This document shows, one piece after another, positions 27,992 to 38,100 of a DNA stretch of 64,000 nucleotides (position 1 is its first letter; each line of letters begins with the position of its first letter). The stretch lies in IMG/VR virus record IMGVR_UViG_3300024327_000658. The stretch is one strand, 5' to 3'. Source of the stretch: an uncultured virus (IMG/VR IMGVR_UViG_3300024327_000658) (lineage: Duplodnaviria; Heunggongvirae; Uroviricota; Caudoviricetes). Under the pieces are notes generated by a model. That model was given only the letters and a program-made list of their open reading frames with translations. It was not told where the DNA came from and ran no database searches. The position numbers and the translations under genes are program-made.

Positions 27992-28902
27992 TTTAGTATA
28001 CCATCTTCTCCAGGCATTACTACAGGTAGACTTGGATCAAGCGCATATTCATTTGGGAGATTTACAGTATCGTCACAATATGGAAGTTTTCCTTCAGTTG
28101 ATAATATATTCCCGTATTCATCAGCTTTTTCATTTTTTTCTCCAGTAATTTCTTCTATAGGATCGTCAATGGGTCTATTGTTTTGGCCGGCAAGTCGAAC
28201 ATCAACTATGCCCTGACCAGGAGTGTCTGCACCCTGTACTGCTTGAGGATGTTTTGCGGGAGGATATGGCCCTCCCGCATGTAAATCCAAAGAACCAACT
28301 CCATCTTGACCATGCGCATTTCCTTGAGGTTTAAATATTTGCCCTCCAACACCTTCATTAACAAAAGCATCAACATCAATAATCGCATCATCAAGAGTTT
28401 TTTTACTAAGGTCATCACGAGCAGTGTCTAGATATTCCATATAGTCTTTAGTGTTGCCTATAGCCTTAATGAGATGTTCTTTACATTGATTATCACAATA
28501 TTTATGAAAGTCAGAAGCAAACTGGCAATTACAAATCATTCCTTTTACATATTCTGCCTGTTCACCTGCTTCTGTTGTATAAGTAGGAGAGTCGTGTTCA
28601 ACCATTCCTTCCAATTCTCTCAGAGTGTATTCAACAAGCTCATCAACCTTTTTGTCTTGATTTTCATCTACTTGAATATTTTGATGAGCAGTTGGCAATC
28701 CACCGGCCGGCTGACCTGTATCGGCCGTTAAAGTTTGACTATTCATATCCGTCAACATCTGTTGCTTTTGCAACGCACTTAATCCCAAATCTAATGACTT
28801 TAGTAATGTCATACCTATTGGCTGTGTTATTTCATCATCCAATAGTGGTGATAATGCGGCAATAGCGGCATTTGTGCATTCAATAACTTTATTTTCACTC
28901 AT
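27988..28902 (-). CDS. Hypothetical acidic protein with a central Cys/His cluster
   Basis: ICNCQFASDFHKYCDNQCKEH; Pro/Gly-rich C-terminal half. Confidence 0.65.
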   Translation of the reverse strand: MSENKVIECTNAAIAALSPLLDDEITQPIGMTLLKSLDLGLSALQKQQMLTDMNSQTLTADTGQPAGGLPTAHQNIQVDENQDKKVDELVEYTLRELEGMVEHDSPTYTTEAGEQAEYVKGMICNCQFASDFHKYCDNQCKEHLIKAIGNTKDYMEYLDTARDDLSKKTLDDAIIDVDAFVNEGVGGQIFKPQGNAHGQDGVGSLDLHAGGPYPPAKHPQAVQGADTPGQGIVDVRLAGQNNRPIDDPIEEITGEKNEKADEYGNILSTEGKLPYCDDTVNLPNEYALDPSLPVVMPGEDGILK

Positions 28903-30247
28903 GATTTATCTCTCTGGGGAAATTTCTTTTTTGGGTTTCAAGCATTTCTTCTGCTATGTGATCTAAACCAGAACCCTGGCCAGAGGTATCTATTATTCCC
29001 AATCTATCAATAGCAGTTGTCGGATGACCGGTTCTAGGCAATATTCTATTTTTTTCTTCTTTATCTCCTGCATCAGGAAGATGTTTCATTCCTTTTCCTA
29101 CTCTCACTAATCCATTTTGTATTGATGCCAATCCTTGTTCTGTATAATAAAATCTATGATCTTTACGTTCTCCACAAGAATTACACATATCACAAAACAT
29201 GTGGCATACAGGAGAAAATAATTTATTTTTTATCCATTGTTTCCGTAAATAATCTATCTGTTCTTTTAATAACCAATTAATTTTTGCTTTATCTTCGGGA
29301 CTATCTTTACCCGCTAAACTTTCATCTATAGATGTAACAACTCTATCCGGTCCATATGTCTTGACTATACGCAAAATATCCTTAGCAAAACATTGTACAT
29401 TTGATCTGTGAATAGTATACCTGGCCCTCCATTTAATTTGGTCTTGGGGTGGCATATTGGAATTATAATCTGAAATATTTTTAAATGCTTTTAATACATC
29501 TGGAGTAGAATCTTTACCAGAATAATATACCCTATCTAAATTTCCTGCACCATCAAAACTAATATCAAAAGAAACCCGTTGTTTAATTCCTGGATTAGAT
29601 TCCAAAAAAGTAATAACACTATTAAAAAATTTTGGCTTACTTAAAAGTATACCATTAGTTGTTATATTGAAATGTAAATTGTGCTTCTGAGAATATGCAT
29701 AATTCATAAGATATTCACAATTTTTCCATTCTAACATCGGTTCACCACCAAAAATACAAAATAAAGTTTGTTCATCTGGTCTATCGGTTTTATTAATATC
29801 ATCTACAAGTTTTTTCAACAATGGTGGTTCGGGTAAATGTTTTGGTCGATTTTCTAAATGTTCATAGCAATAAGAACAATTTAAATTACATTGACTTGTC
29901 ATATAAAATAAATGTATACCTCCACCGTGTGCAACTCTTGTATTTTCGTTTTCACCATGAGTAAAATGTCTATCCATAATTTCATTAACATTGGCTTCTG
30001 CTAAATCAAGTCTTCCTTCTTTTAGTGCTTTAACACGGTCATAATGTTCATCTTTTGATACGCTTTCTACATGTTGTTTTACTACTTGATTCAATTCACG
30101 ATCAGTTAGAGTTAATAATTTTTTAACATCATGTTTTTCATATTTACATACACCTTCTCCTGTTTTCAATCCTCGTTCATAATCAATAACACCATCAAGA
30201 GATCCCATGGTGGGTAAAACTTTTTTAGAGCGTGTTAGTGTTTTCAC
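28895..30247 (-). CDS. Radical SAM enzyme no. 3 (short C-terminal Cys cluster)
   Basis: CNLNCSYC, IFGGEPML, ITTNG, ISFDG; C-terminal CHMFCDMCNSC. Confidence 0.9.
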   Translation of the reverse strand: MKTLTRSKKVLPTMGSLDGVIDYERGLKTGEGVCKYEKHDVKKLLTLTDRELNQVVKQHVESVSKDEHYDRVKALKEGRLDLAEANVNEIMDRHFTHGENENTRVAHGGGIHLFYMTSQCNLNCSYCYEHLENRPKHLPEPPLLKKLVDDINKTDRPDEQTLFCIFGGEPMLEWKNCEYLMNYAYSQKHNLHFNITTNGILLSKPKFFNSVITFLESNPGIKQRVSFDISFDGAGNLDRVYYSGKDSTPDVLKAFKNISDYNSNMPPQDQIKWRARYTIHRSNVQCFAKDILRIVKTYGPDRVVTSIDESLAGKDSPEDKAKINWLLKEQIDYLRKQWIKNKLFSPVCHMFCDMCNSCGERKDHRFYYTEQGLASIQNGLVRVGKGMKHLPDAGDKEEKNRILPRTGHPTTAIDRLGIIDTSGQGSGLDHIAEEMLETQKRNFPREINHE

Positions 30248-30672
30248 TATTTTCCCCTTACAACTGGTCTTTCGTCCAGTTTTCTGCGGATTTGTTCTTC
30301 TGGATTTTGTTTTAGAATATATGCTATGTTTTTCATAAGTCTAGGAAAATCAATGTTATAATTAAATAAATGTGACTTTATTCTTGTACCATCTGATTCA
30401 GGATTCCAAGAATCATAAAGTAAATTTTTATCTCTCGCTTGTTTTTTTGATGGGGTGTCTTCTAGCTGTACTTGATTAATAAGAGTTTGAATATCTCCGT
30501 CTTTTGCGGCCCTTGCCGATTTTTCATATCGCTCTACTGATTTTTTATTTTTATTATTTATTACAGCCTCTTGTCCTGAAATCGCAGGATGCCATCCTTC
30601 TTCACGATCTAGATCATTTAGTTCTTCTGGAGTTCCGTGTATCTTATTTTTTTCCATGTAACAATTTTCCAA
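30247..30672 (-). CDS. Hypothetical protein
   Basis: ORF between radical SAM genes; the start may be the ATG at 30657. Confidence 0.55.
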   Translation of the reverse strand: MENCYMEKNKIHGTPEELNDLDREEGWHPAISGQEAVINNKNKKSVERYEKSARAAKDGDIQTLINQVQLEDTPSKKQARDKNLLYDSWNPESDGTRIKSHLFNYNIDFPRLMKNIAYILKQNPEEQIRRKLDERPVVRGK

Positions 30673-31465
30673 GATATTTTATCTGTTCAAATACTCTTTC
30701 TTGTTCAATAGCCATATATTTGTAAGCAAATTCAAATTGAGTATCAGAATTGCCCCCATCAAACGTTAGCATTAATCCATTTTTTTCAAACCACGCTTTT
30801 GTTGACCAATCTTCATGGTTAAATAATTTAAAATAGTTCCACATAATTTTAATATTTTTTTCTATGGAAGACGAAAAAATATTTAAATTTTTCATTGAAT
30901 CTACAGTAAAAACTATATACGCACAACATTGCCAGTCTGTATCATATGCGGGATCGTTTTGATCGTAATGGCCCTCACACGATTCTATAACATCAACACC
31001 ATCAAATATATTAATTCCACTAACCAACGGTTCTATTCCACATTCAACAATATCTTTTTGATGATCTTTAATTTCTATGTGGCCTATCTGTAAAGCACCA
31101 AGTCTATTAAGATTTTCATAAACTTCTGTTGGTAACCCAGACATATGATCATACACTAATCCAAATTTAGATAAAAAGTTATTCAATATTAATCTAAAAG
31201 ATTTTGATGATTTCTCTGTATTTTCAATAATGATAAAATCACCTATCATATTACCACAATTTTCAATACCTGTCGTTTTTTCAATTACATGATTTAATAC
31301 CGTTAAATCAATAAGATGATCAATATCTTTTATGATAAACAAATTAGACCTAAATTGATATACTGTTACATCCTTACGATCTATTAAATATCCAGGCAAA
31401 TATTTTGTGGGACCGCCAGTGTCCGCAGTTCTGGTGTCTACTACTGGTTCATCAAATATTCCCAT
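30644..31465 (-). CDS. Hypothetical protein with SCEGH motif; paralog of 20006..20806
   Basis: VECGIEPLVSGINIFDGVDVIESCEGH...AYIVF. Confidence 0.65.
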   Translation of the reverse strand: MGIFDEPVVDTRTADTGGPTKYLPGYLIDRKDVTVYQFRSNLFIIKDIDHLIDLTVLNHVIEKTTGIENCGNMIGDFIIIENTEKSSKSFRLILNNFLSKFGLVYDHMSGLPTEVYENLNRLGALQIGHIEIKDHQKDIVECGIEPLVSGINIFDGVDVIESCEGHYDQNDPAYDTDWQCCAYIVFTVDSMKNLNIFSSSIEKNIKIMWNYFKLFNHEDWSTKAWFEKNGLMLTFDGGNSDTQFEFAYKYMAIEQERVFEQIKYLGKLLHGKK

Positions 31466-31478
31466 AAAACCTTTCTTC

Positions 31479-32807
31479 TCAAGTACCTCTTTGAAGTTTC
31501 TTTATGTTATGATTATCTTTAGATTGTAAAAAAGCCAAGGTCGAATTATAATCCTTATAATCAAAAGATTTAATTTTTTCTTCAGTTTTAATTTTAAAAT
31601 TTGTTAACCTTTTATATTTTTCATTCTTTTGCCACGCCTCATCTATCATCTCAAACATATCTACTTCTTCTTTATCTGCATTTGGCTCATAAAATCCTGT
31701 CCTACCCCCCCAAAGCGTCTTAATATATGTTTGAAAAGTTGGCATATCTTTACATATTTCTACCATTCTTATCGCTTCATCATAATATATATGAAACAAT
31801 TCGCACACAGAATCGATTGGTTGATTACCATTTCTTAATTGCGAATATGTACAACCTGCATTACACACTTTATATAATCTACATCCTTTACATTTATCAA
31901 ATGCTAAAGGATTAAATACAGATTGAAAATAATCAAAATTATATTCATCGCCTTTCATTGGTAATAATTTCTTTGAGCCAAATCTTGCACATGGATAAAA
32001 TGTTCCATCTACTGCCATAATAGAACCATGATGACCAGCAAAACACCCGAATGCTCGTTTTTGTTTAGTTAATCCTAATAACATGTCTTGTAGGGGAAGA
32101 TTAAACATTCCATTAGATATTAATTTTCCTTCATCATAATATTGTATGGTTCTATCTGCCAGTCTTCGACATTCCACTCTAAATTTATGAATATCGTCTA
32201 GGGACCAAATATCATCTCTTACAATAGAAAAATCAGGAGCAGGAATACCGAAATCTACTAAAAATTCAAAATTTTCTGTCATTGAATCAACATTGCCTGG
32301 AAATATCATAATTTTACATGTTTTATTATGTTTTGTAACTTTCTTTATAAGATGTTGTCTATCACTGTACATCTCTAAAACATTATTGTATCCTTTATTC
32401 TCTCCAAAATTTTTAATAATAGGTCTTGATTCGTTTGCTGATATACCATCAAAACTCCAACTAACTCCAATCTGATTATCTAATATCCAATCAGCAGTTT
32501 CTTCGTTAATTAACGATAGATTAGATATCATAGTAAGACCAACCAATCTATCCTCATATTCAGGAACTTTAACTTTTTTACAAACATGATCCATCAATGG
32601 CACATTTAATAGTGGTTCGCCCCCAAAAAAAGATAAATGAAATTGTTGACCATGGGCTTTTGATCTTTGAATTAATTGTAAAAATTCTGGCCAAGCCTTA
32701 TCAAAAATTTCAGGAGTCATAAATTTATCAACATTAGCAACATAGCAATACGGGCACCCCAAATTGCATTTTTCTGTTACAGATATTTCTAATTGATAAC
32801 TAGGCAT
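31479..32807 (-). CDS. Radical SAM/SPASM enzyme no. 2
   Basis: CNLGCPYC, FFGGEPLLN, SFDG; SPASM CFAG...DGTFYPC...CKGCRLYKVCNAGC...C. The ATG at 32807 (MPSYQ) is preferred over the track start at 32864. Confidence 0.93.
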   Translation of the reverse strand: MPSYQLEISVTEKCNLGCPYCYVANVDKFMTPEIFDKAWPEFLQLIQRSKAHGQQFHLSFFGGEPLLNVPLMDHVCKKVKVPEYEDRLVGLTMISNLSLINEETADWILDNQIGVSWSFDGISANESRPIIKNFGENKGYNNVLEMYSDRQHLIKKVTKHNKTCKIMIFPGNVDSMTENFEFLVDFGIPAPDFSIVRDDIWSLDDIHKFRVECRRLADRTIQYYDEGKLISNGMFNLPLQDMLLGLTKQKRAFGCFAGHHGSIMAVDGTFYPCARFGSKKLLPMKGDEYNFDYFQSVFNPLAFDKCKGCRLYKVCNAGCTYSQLRNGNQPIDSVCELFHIYYDEAIRMVEICKDMPTFQTYIKTLWGGRTGFYEPNADKEEVDMFEMIDEAWQKNEKYKRLTNFKIKTEEKIKSFDYKDYNSTLAFLQSKDNHNIKKLQRGT

Positions 32808-34350
32808 ATTTGCTCTCTGTAGTTTCTGATCTCTTTGGTAAGCTTGATATATTAAAAACTGCACCTATATTCTTGGCCGTTTCTGAAGTGGGCTCTTTGG
32901 ATAAACCAGATATAACAGGAGTTTGCTGTTCAATAGAATTGACTTCTAAATTATGACCCTGCGAATAATTTCCTGGTCTATTCATCATAATTATTGAATC
33001 CGGATTCTTTTTAATCCACAGGGTTCTCCATGCTTTAGATACAGGCTCCAGTGTTTTCCATACTTGACACAATTGATGATTTGCTGGATGATTTTGCCAT
33101 TTTTTACCAGCATCCTGTTCTTCACCAAATTTTGCATCTGCGGCATCAAATGAACCCGCAGGACACTTTAAACAAAAATCCGCTGTACATGTATTACACG
33201 CTAATGTTCCATCTGTTCTAAATTCATCCAAATAAGAACGATATAATGATGTTGTTTCATCCACAAATTTTTGCATTTGCATACCAGATTCCATTAAATC
33301 GCCTCTTACATGATCCTCTCTTTGTCTATACATACACCCATGACAAGGATATGTTTTACCGTCTAAATCAATTGAAAGATAATTAATACCAGCCGCACAA
33401 TTTTGTTTTTCTTTTCTGAACCATCTAAAGTGATTTTCTAAATTAATATCATGATCTATACTATATTTCACAATTTTCATTAAATTCACTCTTAGATCCT
33501 TTAAGTGACCCATATATTCTTCTTCCTTAACTGCACCATCAATTCTATCTGGATCTGTACTGTGAGTGTCAGGAGTGGGTCCATATGATTCTCCATTATC
33601 ATAATGCCATTTCCAAACATCAAAAAGATATTTAAAATTGCGAGATGATATGACTGCTTTAATACCTATAGAAAAACCATCAGATTTTAACTCTTTATAA
33701 GTTGCATAAACAGTTTTAGATAATTTTTCACTTTCTCCTGCTTTAGTTCTACGTTCCATCGTATTAACAGGTTCACCATCAAAAGATACTTGAATATGTA
33801 AACGTGATTGTTGCGGCATATCTAATCTATTTCCCAACAGACCTTTTAATTCTATTAACTGTTTTTTATACTTTTTAAGATAAGTTCCATTAGTATAGAA
33901 CATAAAACATACTTTTTGAGTATCAGCCAATCTTTTCATTATATCTTTGCAAAAAAGAAAATTAGCAAAAGGTTCTCCGCCCCACCAATTTATATTAATA
34001 TCTCTATACCTATCCATATCCAATGACCTAACTGTTTTTTCTATATCTTCAGGAGTCATCTCTGTTTTTTCTTGATATTGTGATGACAATCCGCACGATT
34101 CTCCTTCAGAACAATATGTACAAGCAAGATTACATTCACTCGTTACATTAACATCTAAATTAAAACTTTGCATTGGATTAAAATTATTTGACATTGCACC
34201 ACCACCCTGTCCCTGGGGCATTGTTGATCCCCCCATCTGTTTTAACATTTTTTCTTGTTCTTCCATCGTTTTTCGCATTTGCATCATTTGCTGTTGCATT
34301 TGTTCGGGTGACATTTGTTCTTTTATAGGATCAAATCGGATATTATTCAT
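32800..34350 (-). CDS. Radical SAM/SPASM enzyme no. 1
   Basis: CNLACTYC, WWGGEPF, YTNG, VSFDG; SPASM CAAG...DGKTYPCHGC...CNTC...CLKC...C; Met/Gln-rich N-terminal extension. Confidence 0.93.
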   Translation of the reverse strand: MNNIRFDPIKEQMSPEQMQQQMMQMRKTMEEQEKMLKQMGGSTMPQGQGGGAMSNNFNPMQSFNLDVNVTSECNLACTYCSEGESCGLSSQYQEKTEMTPEDIEKTVRSLDMDRYRDININWWGGEPFANFLFCKDIMKRLADTQKVCFMFYTNGTYLKKYKKQLIELKGLLGNRLDMPQQSRLHIQVSFDGEPVNTMERRTKAGESEKLSKTVYATYKELKSDGFSIGIKAVISSRNFKYLFDVWKWHYDNGESYGPTPDTHSTDPDRIDGAVKEEEYMGHLKDLRVNLMKIVKYSIDHDINLENHFRWFRKEKQNCAAGINYLSIDLDGKTYPCHGCMYRQREDHVRGDLMESGMQMQKFVDETTSLYRSYLDEFRTDGTLACNTCTADFCLKCPAGSFDAADAKFGEEQDAGKKWQNHPANHQLCQVWKTLEPVSKAWRTLWIKKNPDSIIMMNRPGNYSQGHNLEVNSIEQQTPVISGLSKEPTSETAKNIGAVFNISSLPKRSETTESKYA

Positions 34351-34353
34351 TTT

Positions 34354-34965
34354 TTATTTCGAGTTATTACAGTTACATGGACAGTGATTACAATCACATG
34401 GACAAAAATTACAGTTACATGGACAAAAATTACAGTTACAAGGACAGAAATTACAATTACAGGGACAAAAATTACAATTACAGGGACAAAAATTACAATT
34501 ACAGGGACAAAAATTACAGTTACATGGACAGTGATTACAATTACATGGACAAAAATTACAATCACATGGACAAAAATTACAATCACATGGACAAAAATTA
34601 CAATTACATGGACAAAAATCACAATCACATACGCACACAACTTTCCATTCATCGAGTTTTGTTACCAGATCGTCTATATGTGCGGCGGCTATTAAATCTC
34701 CGACACTTACAGCACCATAAGATAATGTTGGTGCGGGACTTGGTGGAGTTTGGGTATATAACTTACTTACTATTTCTCCACGCAATTCATTCCAAATTTG
34801 TGCGGCGACAGGATCTGCCATGCTGGTCCAAGATGAAATCGCTATACTTCTTCTTGTAAACTCATCATTTAATGAAGTTCTGCAAGTAGTTATCTCTGAC
34901 TGCTGAATTAGTGTACCAGCTTGTGCAGGTAAACCAGTTAAATTGGTAGGACATGGCGAACCCAT
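34354..34965 (-). CDS. Cys-rich repeat protein, candidate radical SAM substrate
   Basis: 110-aa N-terminal domain, then 13 heptads C[P/V]C[N/D]C[N/D][F/H/N] (39 Cys); directly upstream of the rSAM genes; GGAG Shine-Dalgarno. Confidence 0.85.
   Translation of the reverse strand: MGSPCPTNLTGLPAQAGTLIQQSEITTCRTSLNDEFTRRSIAISSWTSMADPVAAQIWNELRGEIVSKLYTQTPPSPAPTLSYGAVSVGDLIAAAHIDDLVTKLDEWKVVCVCDCDFCPCNCNFCPCDCNFCPCDCNFCPCNCNHCPCNCNFCPCNCNFCPCNCNFCPCNCNFCPCNCNFCPCNCNFCPCDCNHCPCNCNNSK
34363..34635. repeat. 21-bp coding tandem repeat, 13 copies
   Basis: Units like aaaattacaattacagggaca; many substitutions are synonymous in the Cys frame. Confidence 0.95.
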
Positions 34966-35132
34966 TATATTTTACTCCAAAATTTATTCCGTATTAATTT
35001 ATCATCATTTCCCAAATAAAGAAAATTTGTGATTCTTGAACCAAGTTTCTTTAATAACATTTCTTCATCTATCTCACTATCAAAATCAAGATTACCCCAA
35101 AAAGGTGCATCAGTTATATTTGCATATTCCAA
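34965..35132 (-). CDS. Small hypothetical protein (55 aa, TTG start) in frame with the upstream fibre gene
   Basis: Hand-translated: LEYANITDAPFWGNLDFDSEIDEEMLLKKLGSRITNFLYLGNDDKLIRNKFWSKI. Its TAA overlaps the next ATG (TAATG). Confidence 0.45.
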   Translation of the reverse strand: MEYANITDAPFWGNLDFDSEIDEEMLLKKLGSRITNFLYLGNDDKLIRNKFWSKI

Positions 35133-35144
35133 TATCGTATACTT

Positions 35145-38100
35145 TCATATTTTCACTTCAACAAATCCAGCATCACTATCAGACAATGCTATTCCAATTA
35201 AATCGTGTTTATGTGATTTATATTCATATTTAGTTATAGATTTTCCTGCACCATCATTATAAGCCATAATAAGGTCCCCTTTAACACATCTTCCCACAAT
35301 CTTAACTAATATTCTTCCGGTCAAACAAATAAAGATCATAAATTCATTTTTTCTCTGTTCCATACTATCATTCATCCTCAATCCAGGATTATCTGAAACA
35401 ACACCAGCATAAGGCATTTCAGCTTGATATAGAGTAACTTCTTTTTCTCCTCCAATTGATAAAACAGTTCCTGGATCATATACCAAATCAGACTCATATC
35501 TCTCGGCCAAGTCAGACCAACTCGCTGATGTTGCTCTTCCATTAAATGTAACCGCATACATATCGTTATATACCATTGTAGATGTACCGATATCGTGTGT
35601 ATTATTTGCGACAGGAACAATGGCCTTAGTTGTCATTGTTCCATCAAAACCAGAAGTTCCATATACTTTTAAAGCTGATAATCCAGTCACTCCACTTGAA
35701 GAAAAAATAGCACCATTAAAATACAATTCTGTTGGTGTAGTAATATCATTTACTCTATATCCAGAATACGCTCCAAGCGAAGATGATGATGCATAATATT
35801 GAACATATCCAGCGGCTCCTGCTGGACTGGTCGGCGCTCCATCAGCTCCAGAACTTCCAGCAGAGCCAGATGTTCCAGCAGTACCAGCACTTCCTGCACT
35901 TCCAGCAGAACCAGATGATGCATATGTTAATCCAGAAGAACCAGCAGTCCCAGACGTTCCAGAAGAACCAGCAGAGCCAGAAGTTCCCGCAGATCCAGAC
36001 GTTCCAGCAGAACCAGAAGAACCAGAAGAACCAGCAGTACCAGATGATCCAGAAGTTCCAGAACTTCCTTCTCCAAAAGTTAATGCCGCCCAACCAGATA
36101 TTGCAGTAGCAAAAACTAATTTAGCGGTATTTGAACTAATATAACGAATTGATTCTGGATAAATTACATCATAGTTAGAATCTACAACTTCAATATTTAA
36201 AGGTCTAACTCCTAAATTATGATTTATTAACCAAACAGAACTTGCTGAACCTTGAACATGAATCCAGGAACCACCATCTTGACCAGAAGAACCAGCACTT
36301 CCAGCACTTCCTGCGGAACCCGCACTTCCTGCAGTTCCAGCAGAACCAGAAGAACCAGAAGAACCAGCAGTACCAGATGATCCAGAAGTTCCAGCAGAGC
36401 CAGATGATCCTGCACTTCCAGCACTTCCTGCACTTCCAGAAGAACCAGCAGAACCAGAAGAGCCAGCGGAACCAGATGTTCCAGCAGAGCCAGAAGTTCC
36501 AGCAGAGCCAGCACTACCAGCACTTCCTGCAGAACCAGCAGAACCAGCACTTCCAGCAGAGCCAGATGATCCAGATGATCCAGAAGTTCCAGCACTACCA
36601 GCACTTCCTGCAGAACCAGCAGAACCAGCACTTCCAGCAGAGCCAGATGATCCAGATGATCCAGAAGTTCCAGCGGTACCAGAATCACCAGTTCTTGCGA
36701 ATGAAGCAACAATTTCAGTATTGTTTTGAAAATTATTTAATGAAGAATCTAAAAATGTAACATCCACATAATACCATGAGGGATTTGTGGTATCAAATTC
36801 ATTAATGCTGTATAAGAAATACTTTTCAGGAGCTGATTTATCATAAATTCGAAAATGGCCTTTTGGAACACTAAAAGCAACATCATCAATTGTCTGTAAG
36901 AAAGAATCAATTGTCGTGCCATCTTGATCAGTATCACTTATTCTCAATCTATTAGCAGTAGTGGGATATGTAAAAGCACCAGTAGTTAATGTAAATGCCA
37001 ATTTACCCGTACCTGGATCATTCGTTGATTGATCTGTACTGTAACGATATGCAAATGAAGCACCCCCAAAACCACCATCATGTCCAGATGAACCAGAAGT
37101 ACCAACAGTCCCAGAACTTCCAGAACTTCCAGCAGAACCAGATGTTCCAGATGATCCAGAAGTTCCAACACTTCCAGAAGAACCCGCAGAACCAGCAGAA
37201 CCAGAAGATGCATATGTCAATCCAGAAGAACCAGCAGAACCAGATGTTCCAGCAGAACCAGATGTTCCAGATGATCCAGAAGTTCCAGCACTTCCTGCAG
37301 AACCAGCAGAACCAGCAGAACCAGCACTTCCAGCAGAGCCAGCACTTCCTGCAGTTCCAGCACTTCCAGAAGAACCAGCAGAACCAGAAGAACCAGAAGA
37401 TGCATATGTCAATCCAGAAGAACCAGCAGAACCAGAAGTACCAATTGGACCATCAGCTCCAGATGATCCAGAAGTTCCAGCACTTCCAGCAGAACCCGCA
37501 GAACCCGCAGTTCCAGAAATTCCAGAAGAACCAGCACTTCCAGCAGAGCCAGCACTTCCTGCAGAACCAGTACTTCCAGAAGAACCTGCAGTTCCAGAAG
37601 TTCCCGCAGTTCCAGAAATTCCAGAAGAACCAGATGTTCCAGATGATCCTGCACTTCCAGCACTTCCTGCACTTCCAGAAGAACCAGCAGAACCAGAAGT
37701 ACCAATTGGACCATCAGCTCCAGATGATCCAGAAGTTCCAGCAGAGCCAGAAGAAGCATATGTCAATCCAGAAGAACCAGCAGAACCAGAAGTTCCAATT
37801 GGACCATCAGCACCAGAAGTTCCAGATGTTCCAGCAGAGCCAGCACTTCCCGCAGAACCCGCAGTTCCAGAAATTCCAGAAGAACCAGCACTTCCAGCAG
37901 AACCAGAAGATGCATATGTCAAGCCAGAACTTCCGGAACTACCCGCACTTCCGGAAGAAGTATCCCCTCCTCCGCCTCCACCAGATTCTCCCCAACCACT
38001 TCCACCGGCCACTCGTTGGGCAGTTAAAGTGGCTTTTTTACTAATCTTTTTAACAACTTCTTTAAAATTATCTAACTCTTTTACGAGTTTAGTTACATCA

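Noticed and set aside
34363..34635. 21-bp repeats as a CRISPR array
   Set aside because: The units are directly tandem with no unique spacers, they keep a coding frame, and no cas genes are present.
34363..34635. EGF-type AspH consensus CX[DN]X4[FY]XCXC in the repeat
   Set aside because: The heptad spacing does not match this consensus.
34315..34859. Alternative-frame ORFs over the Cys repeat (34315..34695 +, 34347..34652 -, 34377..34859 +)
   Set aside because: Shadow frames kept open by the repeat. The Cys frame has a Shine-Dalgarno, a unique N-terminal domain and operon coupling.
35145..35147. Genome-wide stop-codon reassignment or selenocysteine
   Set aside because: TGA, TAG and TAA all end conserved genes at the expected places, and core genes are full length in the standard code.
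35783..38044. Gln-rich plus-strand and Leu-rich minus-strand ORFs (e.g. 36995..38044, 36242..36760, 36227..36712)
   Set aside because: Artefacts of the 9-bp periodic Gly-X-X coding sequence.
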